Assembly: GCA_038878295.1 (NCBI GenBank)
Contig: JAVZVY010000001.1
Location: 1 to 64,000 of the forward strand
From: Candidatus Micrarchaeaceae archaeon
GTDB taxonomy: Archaea; Micrarchaeota; Micrarchaeia; Micrarchaeales; CABMGC01
Length of the DNA stretch: 64,000 nucleotides
Direction of reading: 5' to 3'
In this document: piece by piece, positions 29,124-39,965 of the stretch
Position numbering within the stretch: position 1 is the stretch's first letter
How the letters are laid out: every line of letters starts with the position of its first letter
Translations under genes and position numbers: made by a program
Notes under the pieces: model-generated
What the model was told of the DNA's origin: nothing
Databases searched by the model: none
The model's input: the letters and a program-made list of their open reading frames with translations, nothing else

Positions 29124-30161
29124 ATGGAATTCAGGCAAATAGGCAGCAGACAGGTATTGCAGATATTCACTATTTTTCTAATAGTGCAGTTTGGCGGTTT
29201 TCTTCTTGCGTTTGCCGGGGGCATAAGCGTCAGCACAACGCACAGTTATGCTGTCAGTTCGCCTGCACAGACTCTCTGGTTTGCAGTTTACATAATATTG
29301 GTCGCACTCATAATGGTGCTGATAATAAAGTTGTACAAAGGCGAGATAATATTCAGGCTTATAGAGGGTTTTGTGGTAATTGCTGCGTCCTTTTTTGTGT
29401 TTTTGTTGGTGCTTGGCTACTTTGCGCCTAATGCTGTGCTGCCTGATTCGATTGCGGCTCTTGCGCTTGCCGTTATGCTTGTGCTTGCGAAAAACAAAAA
29501 GCCATCGCTTAGAAATACAACTGCAGTTCTGGCGAGCATCGGCGTGGGAGTAGTTTTAGGCGTAAGCTTTGGATTTGATGCGGCATTCGCACTCTTTATA
29601 ATAATAGGGATTTACGACTTCGTCGCGGTGTTCGTGACGAAGCACATGATCACCCTTGCTAAGGCTGTATCAAGCAGGAACCTTGCGTTTCTAGTGAGCA
29701 GCACCGACGTAGAAGCAGTATCAAGAGGAATGTTTCCAAGCAGCAAGAAAGTTGCACAGTATATAAACGACGTTAAGAAATCGAAAAATCCTGTATTAAA
29801 CAGGCTCATAAAGAATGGCAGGATACCTATAGTAAGCCAGATACAACTTGGAGCTGGCGATCTAGGCATACCGCTCATGATGGAAATCAGCACGGCTGCA
29901 TATTTTGGCAGCTATTTTCTTGGGCTTGCAGCAATAGTAGGAAGCGCATCTGGCTTGCTTTTCACGATGTGGGTGCTGAAACGCTATATGAAGCCATTGC
30001 CAGCGATACCGCCCATACTGGCGTTCACCAGCTTCGCGTTTGCGATAGCATTCTATCTGAAGGGCTTCGGGATTTTGCTTCCAGGACTATTCGCAACTAT
30101 TGCCGTATGCTTTCTGTTTCTCATAATATTCGGAGCCAAGAGAATGGGCAAGGCCGTCTAA
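29124..30161 (+). CDS. Presenilin/SPP-family (GxGD) intramembrane aspartyl protease
   Basis: YD (GIYDFVAV), LGAGD and PAIP motifs within TM helices. Confidence 0.9.
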   Translation: MEFRQIGSRQVLQIFTIFLIVQFGGFLLAFAGGISVSTTHSYAVSSPAQTLWFAVYIILVALIMVLIIKLYKGEIIFRLIEGFVVIAASFFVFLLVLGYFAPNAVLPDSIAALALAVMLVLAKNKKPSLRNTTAVLASIGVGVVLGVSFGFDAAFALFIIIGIYDFVAVFVTKHMITLAKAVSSRNLAFLVSSTDVEAVSRGMFPSSKKVAQYINDVKKSKNPVLNRLIKNGRIPIVSQIQLGAGDLGIPLMMEISTAAYFGSYFLGLAAIVGSASGLLFTMWVLKRYMKPLPAIPPILAFTSFAFAIAFYLKGFGILLPGLFATIAVCFLFLIIFGAKRMGKAV

Positions 30162-31279
30162 AAGAACCCAAACCGTTTGTTTTTGGGATCTTCGTGCAGC
30201 TGCTTATAGCTCTGCAGAAGGTCTCTCTCCTCTTTGGTCATGTCTTTAGGAATGTCTATATTTACTATAGCTATTTCGTCTCCGCGCCTGTTGCCGTGGA
30301 AAGATTTTATGCCCTTGCCTTTAAGCACAAGCTTTTGCCCCTGCTGGGTACCTTCGCTTATGGTAACGTTTTCGTTTCCATATAAAGTTGGCACGCTTAT
30401 GTTTCCACCGAGCGCTGCGGTGTAGAACGGCACATGCACATCAACATAGATATCGTCACCTTCACGCCTGAACAGATCATCCTTTTGCACATACACCTCG
30501 ATGAAAAGATCGCCAGCACCATCTTTGCCATAGTCACCCATGCCTTTAAGTCTCAGGCGCATCCCATCAGCAATTCCTGCTGGTATTGTCACTGTTATGT
30601 CATCGGTAGCTACAATGCCACCTTTGCCGTTGCACACTTTGCACTTCCTTTCGAATATCTTGCCCGTCCCCATGCATGTCGGGCATGTGCTTATTGTCTG
30701 CATTCTGCCAAAAAAAGTATTCCTTATAGATTTTACAGTTCCTGTGCCTCCGCATGTAGGGCATTTAATCAGCTTTGATCCAGGCTCTGCGCCTGTGCCG
30801 TTGCAATGCGGACATTTCTTTATGTGCCTTATTGAAATCTCTTTGTCTACGCCTTCAGCTGCCTCTTTAAGGCTTATATTTATCTTGCGCAATATGCTTT
30901 GACCCATATCTGTATGCCGCATTCCTTGGTTTCCGAAAAAGAAGCTTTCGAATAGGTCATCCGGATTCGAGAAGTTAATGTTTAGATTAAGCCCCAAATC
31001 GCGGAACATCTGATCAAAGTCGAAGCCTCTAAAAATGTCTTCGGCGCTGTATCTTTGTCCAAACTGCTCGGGGCCGAACATGTCATACTGCTTGCGCTTT
31101 TCGGGATCGCTAAGTACGGCATATGCCTCGTTTATCTCCTTGAATTTTTCCTCTGCTTCCTTATCGCCTTTATTCCTGTCAGGATGGTATTTGAAAGCGA
31201 GTGCCCTGAATGCCCTCTTTATTTCGTCCTCGCTTGCATCTCTCGGCACGCCGAGTATTTCATAGTAGTCTTTTGGCAT
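30158..31279 (-). CDS. dnaJ: Chaperone DnaJ
   Basis: J domain with HPD, G/F-rich region, four CxxCxGxG repeats. Confidence 0.97.
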   Translation of the reverse strand: MPKDYYEILGVPRDASEDEIKRAFRALAFKYHPDRNKGDKEAEEKFKEINEAYAVLSDPEKRKQYDMFGPEQFGQRYSAEDIFRGFDFDQMFRDLGLNLNINFSNPDDLFESFFFGNQGMRHTDMGQSILRKINISLKEAAEGVDKEISIRHIKKCPHCNGTGAEPGSKLIKCPTCGGTGTVKSIRNTFFGRMQTISTCPTCMGTGKIFERKCKVCNGKGGIVATDDITVTIPAGIADGMRLRLKGMGDYGKDGAGDLFIEVYVQKDDLFRREGDDIYVDVHVPFYTAALGGNISVPTLYGNENVTISEGTQQGQKLVLKGKGIKSFHGNRRGDEIAIVNIDIPKDMTKEERDLLQSYKQLHEDPKNKRFGFF

Positions 31280-31291
31280 TTTACCATTTCG

Positions 31292-33136
31292 TTATTTGTT
31301 TACTTTGAAGTCTGCATCTGTGGTGCCGGCATCGCCACCATGAGCATCAGAGCCAGGGCCTTCGTTGCCTCCTGCTGGGCCACCTGCCTGGCTCTGCGAA
31401 TACATGCCAGCGCCTATGTTTCTGATTATTTCATTGAGCTCATCCATTCTGTCCTTTATTTTCCCGTAGTCGCTTGCATTTATTGCTTCGTTGAGCTTGT
31501 TTATTGCTTCCTTTGCCTTTTCTGCATTTTCATTCGAAATTCTGCTTTGGTTCTCCTTAAGGAATTTCTCTGTGGTGTAAACCAGCGACTCTGCTGAATT
31601 CTTAAGCTCTATCTGCTCCCTCTTGCGCTTGTCCTCTTCTGCGTATTTTTCAGCTTCTTGGATTTTTTTGTCCAGCTCCTCTTTGGACATTTTATTCGGA
31701 GCCATTATCTGCATGCTTTGGGCTTTTCCGGTAGCTTTGTCTGTGGCTGTCACATGCAGAATTCCGTTTGCATCTATGTCGAAGGTAACTTCTATCTGCG
31801 GCACGCCTCTAGGGGCGGGCGGAATTCCTGTAAGCATGAAGCTTCCCAGGTCTATGTTGTCTGCAGCCATTGTGCGCTCTCCCTGAAGCACGTGTATGCT
31901 AACGGTGGTTTGACCATCTTCTGCTGTTGTGAATATCTGGCTTTTCTTCACCGGTATTGTTGTGTTTCTTTCTATTATCTTAGTCATGACATTGCCGAGG
32001 GTTTCTATGCCAAGCGATAACGGAGTAACGTCAAGCAGTACTATGTCTTTTACTTCGCCGGTCAAAACGCCGCCTTGTATTGCTGCACCGAGTGCCACAG
32101 CTTCCATCGGATCTACGCCACGTTCTATTTTTTTGCCTAGTAGCTGCTCTATATACCTCTGCACAATCGGCATTCTGGTAGGACCGCCAATAAGGATAAC
32201 TTTGTCTATGTCCTTTGGCTCAAGTTTTGCGTCTTTCAACGCTTGAGAAACAGGCTTTGTCGTGCGCTCGACTATTGGTAGTACAAGATCCTCGAGCTTT
32301 GCTCTAGTTAGAGTATACGTGAAATGTACAGGGGATTTGTCCATACCCATTGTCAGAAATGGAAGATTTATTTCTGTAGTGAGCGTGGTCGATAACTCTA
32401 TCTTTGCCTTTTCTGCGGCTTCCCTAATTCTTTGCATCGCTTGCTTATCTTTTGTGACATCAACGCCAGATGCTTTCTTTATCTCTCCTACCAGGAAATC
32501 CACTATCACATTGTCCATGTCAGTGCCGCCGAGTTGCGTATCGCCGCTTGTCGCCTTAACTTCGAATACGCCATTTCCAAACTCCATTATTGTTACGTCG
32601 AGAGTGCCACCACCAAAGTCGTATACAAGTATCTTCATTTCTTTGCCTGCCTTATCTAGACCATATGCGAGGCACGCGGCTGTTGGTTCATTTACTAGCC
32701 TTACAACTTCAAGACCAGCTATCTCGCCAGCATCCTTTGTCGCCTGCCTTTGATTGTCATCAAAATAAGCTGGCACTGTTATTACTGCCTGCTTCACCTC
32801 CTCACCGAGGTATGCCTCGGCATCTTTCTTTATCTTCTGCAGTAGCATTGCTGAGAGCTCTTGCGGCGAATACTCTTTGCCGAAAATCTTGTACTTGAAG
32901 TTCGTGCCCATCTTTCTTTTGAATGCTGTAACCGTGCCCTCTGGATTCGCGACTGCTTGCCTTCTTGCAGGTTCGCCGACCAGCCTTTGACCGTCTTTTG
33001 TAAAAGCTACATAACTGGGAAACGCCTTGCCATAAAGCGTTGAGCCCTCGCTACTTGGTATTATTACGGGCCTACCGCCTTCGAGAACAGCTGCAGCGGA
33101 GTTTGAAGTTCCTAAGTCTATTCCGATTATCTTCAT
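31292..33136 (-). CDS. dnaK: Chaperone DnaK (Hsp70)
   Basis: [37 protein letters not shown]. Start at ATG 33136. Confidence 0.98.
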   Translation of the reverse strand: MKIIGIDLGTSNSAAAVLEGGRPVIIPSSEGSTLYGKAFPSYVAFTKDGQRLVGEPARRQAVANPEGTVTAFKRKMGTNFKYKIFGKEYSPQELSAMLLQKIKKDAEAYLGEEVKQAVITVPAYFDDNQRQATKDAGEIAGLEVVRLVNEPTAACLAYGLDKAGKEMKILVYDFGGGTLDVTIMEFGNGVFEVKATSGDTQLGGTDMDNVIVDFLVGEIKKASGVDVTKDKQAMQRIREAAEKAKIELSTTLTTEINLPFLTMGMDKSPVHFTYTLTRAKLEDLVLPIVERTTKPVSQALKDAKLEPKDIDKVILIGGPTRMPIVQRYIEQLLGKKIERGVDPMEAVALGAAIQGGVLTGEVKDIVLLDVTPLSLGIETLGNVMTKIIERNTTIPVKKSQIFTTAEDGQTTVSIHVLQGERTMAADNIDLGSFMLTGIPPAPRGVPQIEVTFDIDANGILHVTATDKATGKAQSMQIMAPNKMSKEELDKKIQEAEKYAEEDKRKREQIELKNSAESLVYTTEKFLKENQSRISNENAEKAKEAINKLNEAINASDYGKIKDRMDELNEIIRNIGAGMYSQSQAGGPAGGNEGPGSDAHGGDAGTTDADFKVNK

Positions 33137-33146
33137 ATTTTCACCT

Positions 33147-33689
33147 TCACTTTTGTTGCATTTTAGCATCATCTTGTTTCTTGTCACCAGCGACAATTAC
33201 TGCCGCTGGGCGCAGTAAAATGTCATTGAGCGTGTAACCCTTCCTCACTACTTCCAATATCGAGCCTGGCTTTTCAGTACTTTCCTTGGTCATGAGGATT
33301 TCGTGCTTATACGGATCGAATTCGCCGTTTGTATCGATCTGCTGCAAGCCCTCTTTCTTGAGCTCTGTAAGTATATTTGAGTATATAAGTTCTAGGCCCT
33401 TTCTGGAACTGTCTGAACTACTTATTGAATCGATTGCTATTTCAATTTCGTCTATTGTTGGAAGTAGCCTTTTTATGAGCTCAGCCTTGGCAAGTATTTT
33501 AATGTTGTCTGCATCTTTTGCCGCGCGCTTCTTGTAATTGTCAAATTCAGCTGCAAGCCTTATGTACCTGTCGAACAGCTCTTTATATGTTTCGCTGTTT
33601 TTTATCTTTTCTGGGTCTTCTGATGATTGTTGCTTGCCGTCTTTTTTCTCTGATTCATTTTTTTGATCTTCTTTCTTTTCTTCTGCCAT
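33147..33689 (-). CDS. grpE: Nucleotide exchange factor GrpE
   Basis: [23 protein letters not shown]....LRPA.V. Confidence 0.95.
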   Translation of the reverse strand: MAEEKKEDQKNESEKKDGKQQSSEDPEKIKNSETYKELFDRYIRLAAEFDNYKKRAAKDADNIKILAKAELIKRLLPTIDEIEIAIDSISSSDSSRKGLELIYSNILTELKKEGLQQIDTNGEFDPYKHEILMTKESTEKPGSILEVVRKGYTLNDILLRPAAVIVAGDKKQDDAKMQQK

Positions 33690-34092
33690 AATCACCGCCA
33701 ATTAACATTTTATCCAGCATGTCCGCAAACTCCAGCATTCTTTCGAATTCCCTTATGATATCTGCCTGCATCGCCTCTATTGTGCTCTCCATGTCAGCCT
33801 CCCTCAGCAGATACCTCCTGCCCCTTCTTGTGGCAAGGCCTATGCTTATAAGCCTGTTTATATGGTAAATTGTTGTTGTCCGTGGTATTTCCAGCTTCTG
33901 GGCGAGCTCTTTGCTGGTTAGCCCATTGCCAGTCAGGCTTGCTGCGGTTATCTCTTTCAGTATTTCCTGCTCTATGCTGTGCTTATCTTCAGACAAGCCG
34001 AAGGCTTTGCAGAACCATGAAACTAAGCTATCGACATTCTCAGACTTTGGCTTGCCGACTTGTCTGACAATTACCTTTTCTTCTGTGCCCAT
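33655..34092 (-). CDS. Winged-HTH (ArsR/TrmB-like) regulator heading the grpE-dnaK-dnaJ operon
   Basis: LTSKELAQKLEIPRTTTIYHINRLISIGL HTH; overlaps the grpE start. Confidence 0.8.
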   Translation of the reverse strand: MGTEEKVIVRQVGKPKSENVDSLVSWFCKAFGLSEDKHSIEQEILKEITAASLTGNGLTSKELAQKLEIPRTTTIYHINRLISIGLATRRGRRYLLREADMESTIEAMQADIIREFERMLEFADMLDKMLIGGDYGRRKERRSKK

Positions 34093-34252
34093 GTATATAA
34101 TTATGTTGCAATATATTTAAAAATATTTGTTTTTTTCAACAAAAAGTTGTAAGTTTTTAGGATTTTATGTATCATGATTTCATTGCGCAACATGGAAGTA
34201 GGTTATGGAAAGTAAGCGGCAAAGTTAGGTAATAAGATCAATAAGCCAAAAA

Positions 34253-34324
34253 TGGACTCGGCGGGATTCGAACCCGCAGCCTCCTGCATGCCATGCAGAC
34301 GCGCTACCATTGCGCTACGAGCCC
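34253..34324 (-). tRNA. tRNA-Ala(GGC)
   Basis: Reverse complement GGGCTCG...TCTGC AT GGC AT GCAGG...GGTTCGAATCC...CGAGTCC A; G3:U70 pair present. Confidence 0.95.
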
Positions 34325-34336
34325 GCAAGAGTGAGA

Positions 34337-34558
34337 TCATACAGGCGAGATAAATAGTATGTTGCCACCCCTAAGCAGTATCACGCCGAGTTTTGCCTTA
34401 AGGTTGCCACCTTCGAGCTCCTCCGCATCCTCTAAGACTATATTCATGTGCACATCAAATGATAGCACTTTTCCCCTTATTTCCTGGTTGTTTTTCAGCC
34501 TTATGAGGACCTGCTGCCCTATAGATTTGTTCAATAAGTCAAATGGCCTTTCTTGCAT
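34337..34558 (-). CDS. Sm/Lsm family RNA-binding protein
   Basis: ERPFDLLNKSIG..V.I.LK..G...SFD.HMN.VL, ILLRGGNIL.ISP. Confidence 0.93.
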   Translation of the reverse strand: MQERPFDLLNKSIGQQVLIRLKNNQEIRGKVLSFDVHMNIVLEDAEELEGGNLKAKLGVILLRGGNILFISPV

Positions 34559-34573
34559 CGAGATCACCAAATA

Positions 34574-35608
34574 TTATTTCTTCTTAGATTTGTCTTCGCC
34601 GGCAATGCGCACTGCTAGTTTTACCCTGCCTGTGCCCAGAGGTATCTGCTTTCCTAAAAGTACACTCTCTGTTACGCCTTTTATTGGATCGACTTTGTTG
34701 AATGCGGCAGCATTTACAAGATGCTTGATTGTTTCCTCATATGCTGCCTTAGCAAATATAGATTCCTTAGTGCCTGTTATGCCGTGCCTGCCTACACTTT
34801 TTATTGTTCCGGTTGCGGTCATCGCGTCGGCAAGAAGTAGAATATGGCTCATGTTTACACTGATATCCTGGTCACGCATAACTTTTGCAAATTCGTTAGC
34901 GAGGACATTCCTCGCCACTTCTATGCCGAACATTCTGTACATCGCAAATACGTCATTTGTGTATATCCTGGTCGGGTCGACGCCCTCAACATTCATGAGC
35001 GCCTCAAGATTGTTGCCGCCAGCAATTACAAAATATTCCTTTGTCTCAGGATCCTGCTGCGGCAGCGCGTGGCCTGCGCCTTCTATACCATTTATTGTAA
35101 GGTTCAGTATACGCACTGCTGATTCCCTTATCTCCTTTATCTTTTTTGTGTGGAGGTCTATTTTTATCACATTGTTTTCTACAGTACCATCAACATCTGC
35201 ATGTTTTTTTATTCTGTTTAGCACCTCTTTCGGAGTAAGAGAATTGAGTTCTAGGGCCTGATCATTGAGCTTTATAAGTATAATGCCTTTTGAGAATCTT
35301 TCAATGGCCCTTATTGCGACGTCCTTGACCTTTACCTCATTTATCTTGTTCGCTATCTCTGTGACTTTCTCTATGTTGTTCTTAATCTTGGGATCAAGAT
35401 AAACGTAAGTAAGCACTACTGTGGGCACTTTTCTTGCGTCTGCGAGCGCTATAAGTCTAGGCAATCCTGATGTAGCTATGCTCTGGGCTATTCCTGCAAG
35501 GTGGAATGATCTAAGTATCATCTGTGTGCCCGGTTCGCCTAGTGATTGGGCTGCGACCACGCCGACGGGTTCGCCGTAGCTCACCTGATATTTTGAGTCC
35601 TTTTTCAT
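34574..35608 (-). CDS. rpoA2: RNA polymerase subunit A'' (Rpo1C)
   Basis: [46 protein letters not shown]. Confidence 0.95.
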   Translation of the reverse strand: MKKDSKYQVSYGEPVGVVAAQSLGEPGTQMILRSFHLAGIAQSIATSGLPRLIALADARKVPTVVLTYVYLDPKIKNNIEKVTEIANKINEVKVKDVAIRAIERFSKGIILIKLNDQALELNSLTPKEVLNRIKKHADVDGTVENNVIKIDLHTKKIKEIRESAVRILNLTINGIEGAGHALPQQDPETKEYFVIAGGNNLEALMNVEGVDPTRIYTNDVFAMYRMFGIEVARNVLANEFAKVMRDQDISVNMSHILLLADAMTATGTIKSVGRHGITGTKESIFAKAAYEETIKHLVNAAAFNKVDPIKGVTESVLLGKQIPLGTGRVKLAVRIAGEDKSKKK

Positions 35609-38131
35609 CTAATCACTAAGTTGTGCAAGCTGCGTGTAGACAGGGTCTATCTTGTTCCCTCCATAAGCGGTTTCTATTATGTTACCGTGCGGATCTCTAA
35701 CGCTTGCGTCTTCTTCAACATAGTAGTCCTGCAACGCATTTATAAGACGCCTTTGCAGATAGCCGCTTCTTCCTGTAAGAAGGGCTTTGTAGACGACGGA
35801 GCTTCTTGAGCCTATTGCATGCATGTAAAGATCAAGCGGAGTTAGCCCTATATAAAAGTTTGACGTTATGAAGCCTCTGGATGACGGTGTTATGTCTTTC
35901 GGCGGTATGTGCGGCAGAACCCTTCTCGTGCTGTAGCCTCTCGATATTCTGCCTCCAGACAGCGTTGCCTGCTGCCCAAGCAGCAGGCTCATCTGCACTA
36001 TGTTGAGCAGGCTTCCCTTAGCCCCAGCTCTTCCTGATATGAGAAGCGCGTTGTTCTTTGGATCCGTATACTTCATGAATATCTCGCCGGCTTTTGTCCT
36101 GACATTTTCAAGCTCGGCTATTATGAAATTCTCCAATGACTTGTTGCGCGTATATCCCACTAATGGCACAAGCTTGCCGGTTTCGTACTGCTTTATCAGA
36201 TCGCCTATATTTTTATACGCTGTCGCTATGAGCTCTTTCCTTTCTTTTAGCATTTCCTCAGGTACCTTATAGTCTTTTATCCCTATGGAAAGCCCGTGCA
36301 GTGTTACGTATGCATACAACATCCTCGAGGATTTGTTGATGAAATCGCGCAGGACGTCGTTGCCGAATTCAACAGCTATAGCCGCATAGAGTTTGCTGTT
36401 TCTACCATAGAGCCCCTTTGCAAGAGTGCCCTCTATTATCTTGCCATTCTCTATTTTTATTTTGCCCTGCTTTGTTTTTAACTCGAAATTCAGTCTTTTA
36501 GGAAGAAGCATTGAAAAGACATCGCGGCCCGCGTACATACCATTCTTTCCTTCCTTCGGAAGCTCGTATATGCCTGCCAGACCGAGAAGATACGTTGCTT
36601 CTGATTTCGTAAGGAAGGTATTCTCGTCAGTCAGAAGAAACGCGCCCGATATTCCGTCTTCGCCATCACTTATTATAGCGCTTCCGTCACGCGGGGAGAA
36701 AATCTGGTCCTTAACATCCATTAGATACATAGCTTCGGCCTGCGCTTCCAAAGTCTGCGGCGCATGAATATTCATCTCGTCGCCATCGAAATCAGCATTG
36801 TAAGGCGTTGTTGAGCAGAAGTTTAGCCTGAACGTCTTGCCTTTTGTGATTTTGACCTTGTGGGCCATCATAGATATCCTGTGCAGGGACGGCTGCCTGT
36901 TGAACAGCACTATGTCACCGTCTACGAGTTGGCGCTCCAGTATTTCGCCAGGTTCGAGCGAATTGAGAAGCTCTTCTCTGTTCTGCTCAGATACGTGCTT
37001 TCTGCTGCCATCTTTTAGTATGACGTTGAGCACTTCAGGATATGATGTGCGCTTGAGCATCTCTTTTGCCTTATCTATGTTCCATTTCGTTACATAAAAA
37101 GGAAACGTCAGGGTCTTAGCTATGGCAAGCGGCACGCCTATCTCATCTATGCCTATGTACGGATCTACAGATATTACAGTTCTTGCCGAGTAGTTCACTC
37201 TCTTGCCGCTAAGGTTGTATCTGAACCTGCCTTCCTTGCTTTTAAGTCGCTGCGCAAGGGTCTTCAAAGCCCTGCCGCTTCTATGTCTTGCTGGAGGTAT
37301 GCCAGCCATCTCATTGTCAAAATAAGTAGTAACATTGTACTGCAGCAATTCCCATAAGTCGTCTATGATTATTTGCGGCGCACCTGCGTTTATATTCTGC
37401 TCCAGCCTTTGGTTTATCCTCATTATATCCACAAGCTTGTGCGTCAAGTCGTCCTCGCTCCTCTCACCGGATTCGAGCGTTATTGATGGCCTCACGTTCA
37501 CTGGTGGCACCAGCAGCGCGTCGAGAATGGCCCACTCCGGCCTAGTCAATTCTGGATTGATGCCTAGCAGCTTTAAGTCTTCGTCGCTTATTTTTGAGAG
37601 CATGTCCTTTATTATGTCAGGCTTGAGGCGTTCACCGTTAAGGTAAAAGTAGGTCGGGCTCTCAAGCTTTATTTTGCCTTGCACAGCGCCGCAATGCGGA
37701 CACTTCTTGGTAGACTTCAGCTTCTTGATCATGGCAGCGTTTTCCTCGTCTGTCAATTCTTCTATATTTGCTTTTTCCCGCACTTTTTCTATGTCGTCAT
37801 TGCTAAGCATTATCCTGTGACAGCTCTGGCATGTCGACTGAAGCAGCATATATATGAATTTTGCAAATTCGGGATGGATTACAGGCCTTACAAGATCGAT
37901 ATGACCAAAGTGACCTGGGCAAACCTTTGCGCGAGCGCCGCATGTCTTACACACAAGGCCTGGGTCGACAACGCCAAGACGCTGGTCGAGTAAGCCGCCG
38001 TCTATCGGGTAGCCATCCTCGTCATAAGTGTCTGGTATGGTTAGCTTGGCGACGCTGAGCCTTCTTACCTGCTCTGAGGAAATCAAGCCAAACGTTACGC
38101 CTTTTATAAATTCTGCTTTCATACGCATCAA
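35609..38131 (-). CDS. rpoA1: RNA polymerase subunit A' (Rpo1N)
   Basis: CPGHFGHI, GKRVNYSAR.VI, NRQPSLH, catalytic YNADFDGDEMN. Confidence 0.97.
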   Translation of the reverse strand: MMRMKAEFIKGVTFGLISSEQVRRLSVAKLTIPDTYDEDGYPIDGGLLDQRLGVVDPGLVCKTCGARAKVCPGHFGHIDLVRPVIHPEFAKFIYMLLQSTCQSCHRIMLSNDDIEKVREKANIEELTDEENAAMIKKLKSTKKCPHCGAVQGKIKLESPTYFYLNGERLKPDIIKDMLSKISDEDLKLLGINPELTRPEWAILDALLVPPVNVRPSITLESGERSEDDLTHKLVDIMRINQRLEQNINAGAPQIIIDDLWELLQYNVTTYFDNEMAGIPPARHRSGRALKTLAQRLKSKEGRFRYNLSGKRVNYSARTVISVDPYIGIDEIGVPLAIAKTLTFPFYVTKWNIDKAKEMLKRTSYPEVLNVILKDGSRKHVSEQNREELLNSLEPGEILERQLVDGDIVLFNRQPSLHRISMMAHKVKITKGKTFRLNFCSTTPYNADFDGDEMNIHAPQTLEAQAEAMYLMDVKDQIFSPRDGSAIISDGEDGISGAFLLTDENTFLTKSEATYLLGLAGIYELPKEGKNGMYAGRDVFSMLLPKRLNFELKTKQGKIKIENGKIIEGTLAKGLYGRNSKLYAAIAVEFGNDVLRDFINKSSRMLYAYVTLHGLSIGIKDYKVPEEMLKERKELIATAYKNIGDLIKQYETGKLVPLVGYTRNKSLENFIIAELENVRTKAGEIFMKYTDPKNNALLISGRAGAKGSLLNIVQMSLLLGQQATLSGGRISRGYSTRRVLPHIPPKDITPSSRGFITSNFYIGLTPLDLYMHAIGSRSSVVYKALLTGRSGYLQRRLINALQDYYVEEDASVRDPHGNIIETAYGGNKIDPVYTQLAQLSD

Positions 38132-39957
38132 TCCCTTATATCTATCTTTGTCAGTATGTGCATAGATTTTATTTCGTCGAGCAGCAGCTTGAAAGCGTAG
38201 CTCATCTCGACCTGCACGACGTTAGTACTCTTGCATGCAGGGCACAGCGCCACTTTCTTTATGTAATCGTAGTAGCCTATGCTACCGCAATCCTTGCAAA
38301 TGTAAACGTTTGCCTTGTCGCTCTGGTCCAAGAGCCTCTCCTTGAGCAACATGCTTGCTCCATATCCCACAAGCACGTCTCTTTCCATTTCTCCGAATCT
38401 TATGCCACCCTGCCGCGCTTTGCCTTCGGTGGGCTGCCTTGTAAGTATCTGCACAGGACCTCTGCTCCTGACCTGCATCTTGTTGCTAACCATGTGGTAA
38501 AGCCTGTTGTAATATACCACTCCATTGAAGACCTTCGCCTTGAATTTCTCTCCAGATATGCCATCGTAGAAAGTCTCTTCGCCCAAAGCGTCGAAGCCAT
38601 GGTTTTCGAGTATCTTTGAATATTCCTCTATTTTGTCACTAGCCTTGCCTGTAAATGCTGTGCCGTCGATTATGCTGCCAGTTATAGAGCCAGCCTTTCC
38701 AGCAAGTTCCTCGAGCAATTGGCCGAAAGTCATTCTGCCGGGTATGCCGTGCGGATTGAGAAGAAGGTCAGGAATTATTCCCTGTTCTGTGAAGGGCATG
38801 TCCTCCTGAGGGACAAGCAGTGCAACTACGCCCTTTTGCCCGTGCCTGCTTGCAAACTTGTCTCCGACCTCAGGAATTCTCTGCATTCTTACTCTCACTT
38901 TTATTATCTTGGTCGTGCTTGTCGACTGAGTAAGCAGAACTTCGTCAACGACGCCTTCTTCGTTGTTCTTCATATAAGTGGAGCTATCTCTGAGCTTTTC
39001 CTCAAGGCCGCTGACCCCTACGTGTTCCTCGAGGAATCTCGGCGGAGAAAGCTTGCCTATGAGCACATCGCCCTCGCTTACGCTCGTCTCTGGCTCTATG
39101 ACGCCATCTTCGCTGAGTTTCGAGTAAGCGTGCTCACCAAGATAGCCCTCGGTTGTAGGCGGTGGTATCTTGAAGGTGTCCTTTTGGCCGCCGGGATATC
39201 TTCTCTCCTCATCGGCATACGTTTTGTAGAATATGCTCCTGCCAAGGCCTCTGTCTACAGCTGCTTTGTTTATCACCACAGCGTCAGCCATGTTGTAGCC
39301 GTAATATGAAGACAACGCAACTACAAAATTCTGACCAGCTGGATGCGTCTTCAGGTTAAGTGTTTCGTAAACCTTAGTTGTCACTATTGGCCTTTGCGGA
39401 TAATAGAGCAAGTAAGCCCTAGAATCGAACCTCTGATTGAAGTTTGTAGCGTAGAGGCCTTCGCTCTGTTTGGTAAAATTGGCAAGCATTGCGTGCCTTG
39501 CAAGGCTGTTGTGCTCAGGGAATGGACTTATGCCAAGCGTGAAGCCGAATATTGCGACTGGATCGACCTCAAGGTGAGTCGTTTTCTCGTTTATCTCGTC
39601 TTCTGAAAAAGCCACGAGCGCGTTCTCCTCTTCCGCAGCATCAAGATACTCGATCACGCCCCTTCTCATGAGATAGTTGAAGTCTATCTCCTTGTTTGCG
39701 AGCTTTTGCTTCAACTCCGGAGTCAGCTTCGACTTGCCATTTTCAACTACTATATAAGGCTTTCTAGCCCTGCCTATGTCTGAATTCACATGCACTTCAT
39801 TAATGTCTTTATAGTATGCAACATTGACTTCTCCAGAAAGAAGCCCCTGCCTTCTCAGTGATCTGACCTCGTTTGCGAAGGCTGCGCCATCCTCGACGTA
39901 GCCTATGATGCGACCATTTAGATCCACATAGCATTTTTTGTTGATTTTTTTGGCCAA
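38128..39957 (-). CDS. rpoB1: RNA polymerase subunit B' (Rpo2C)
   Basis: GDKFASRHGQKG, RQPTEGKARQGGIRFGEMERD, C-terminal Zn ribbon. Confidence 0.97.
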   Translation of the reverse strand: MAKKINKKCYVDLNGRIIGYVEDGAAFANEVRSLRRQGLLSGEVNVAYYKDINEVHVNSDIGRARKPYIVVENGKSKLTPELKQKLANKEIDFNYLMRRGVIEYLDAAEEENALVAFSEDEINEKTTHLEVDPVAIFGFTLGISPFPEHNSLARHAMLANFTKQSEGLYATNFNQRFDSRAYLLYYPQRPIVTTKVYETLNLKTHPAGQNFVVALSSYYGYNMADAVVINKAAVDRGLGRSIFYKTYADEERRYPGGQKDTFKIPPPTTEGYLGEHAYSKLSEDGVIEPETSVSEGDVLIGKLSPPRFLEEHVGVSGLEEKLRDSSTYMKNNEEGVVDEVLLTQSTSTTKIIKVRVRMQRIPEVGDKFASRHGQKGVVALLVPQEDMPFTEQGIIPDLLLNPHGIPGRMTFGQLLEELAGKAGSITGSIIDGTAFTGKASDKIEEYSKILENHGFDALGEETFYDGISGEKFKAKVFNGVVYYNRLYHMVSNKMQVRSRGPVQILTRQPTEGKARQGGIRFGEMERDVLVGYGASMLLKERLLDQSDKANVYICKDCGSIGYYDYIKKVALCPACKSTNVVQVEMSYAFKLLLDEIKSMHILTKIDIRD

Positions 39958-39965
39958 ATGAACAC

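Noticed and set aside
34359..35261. Long antisense ORFs (e.g. 34359-35261, 45036-45860, 38719-39309)
   Set aside because: They are shadow frames opposite well-conserved genes and carry no recognisable motifs.
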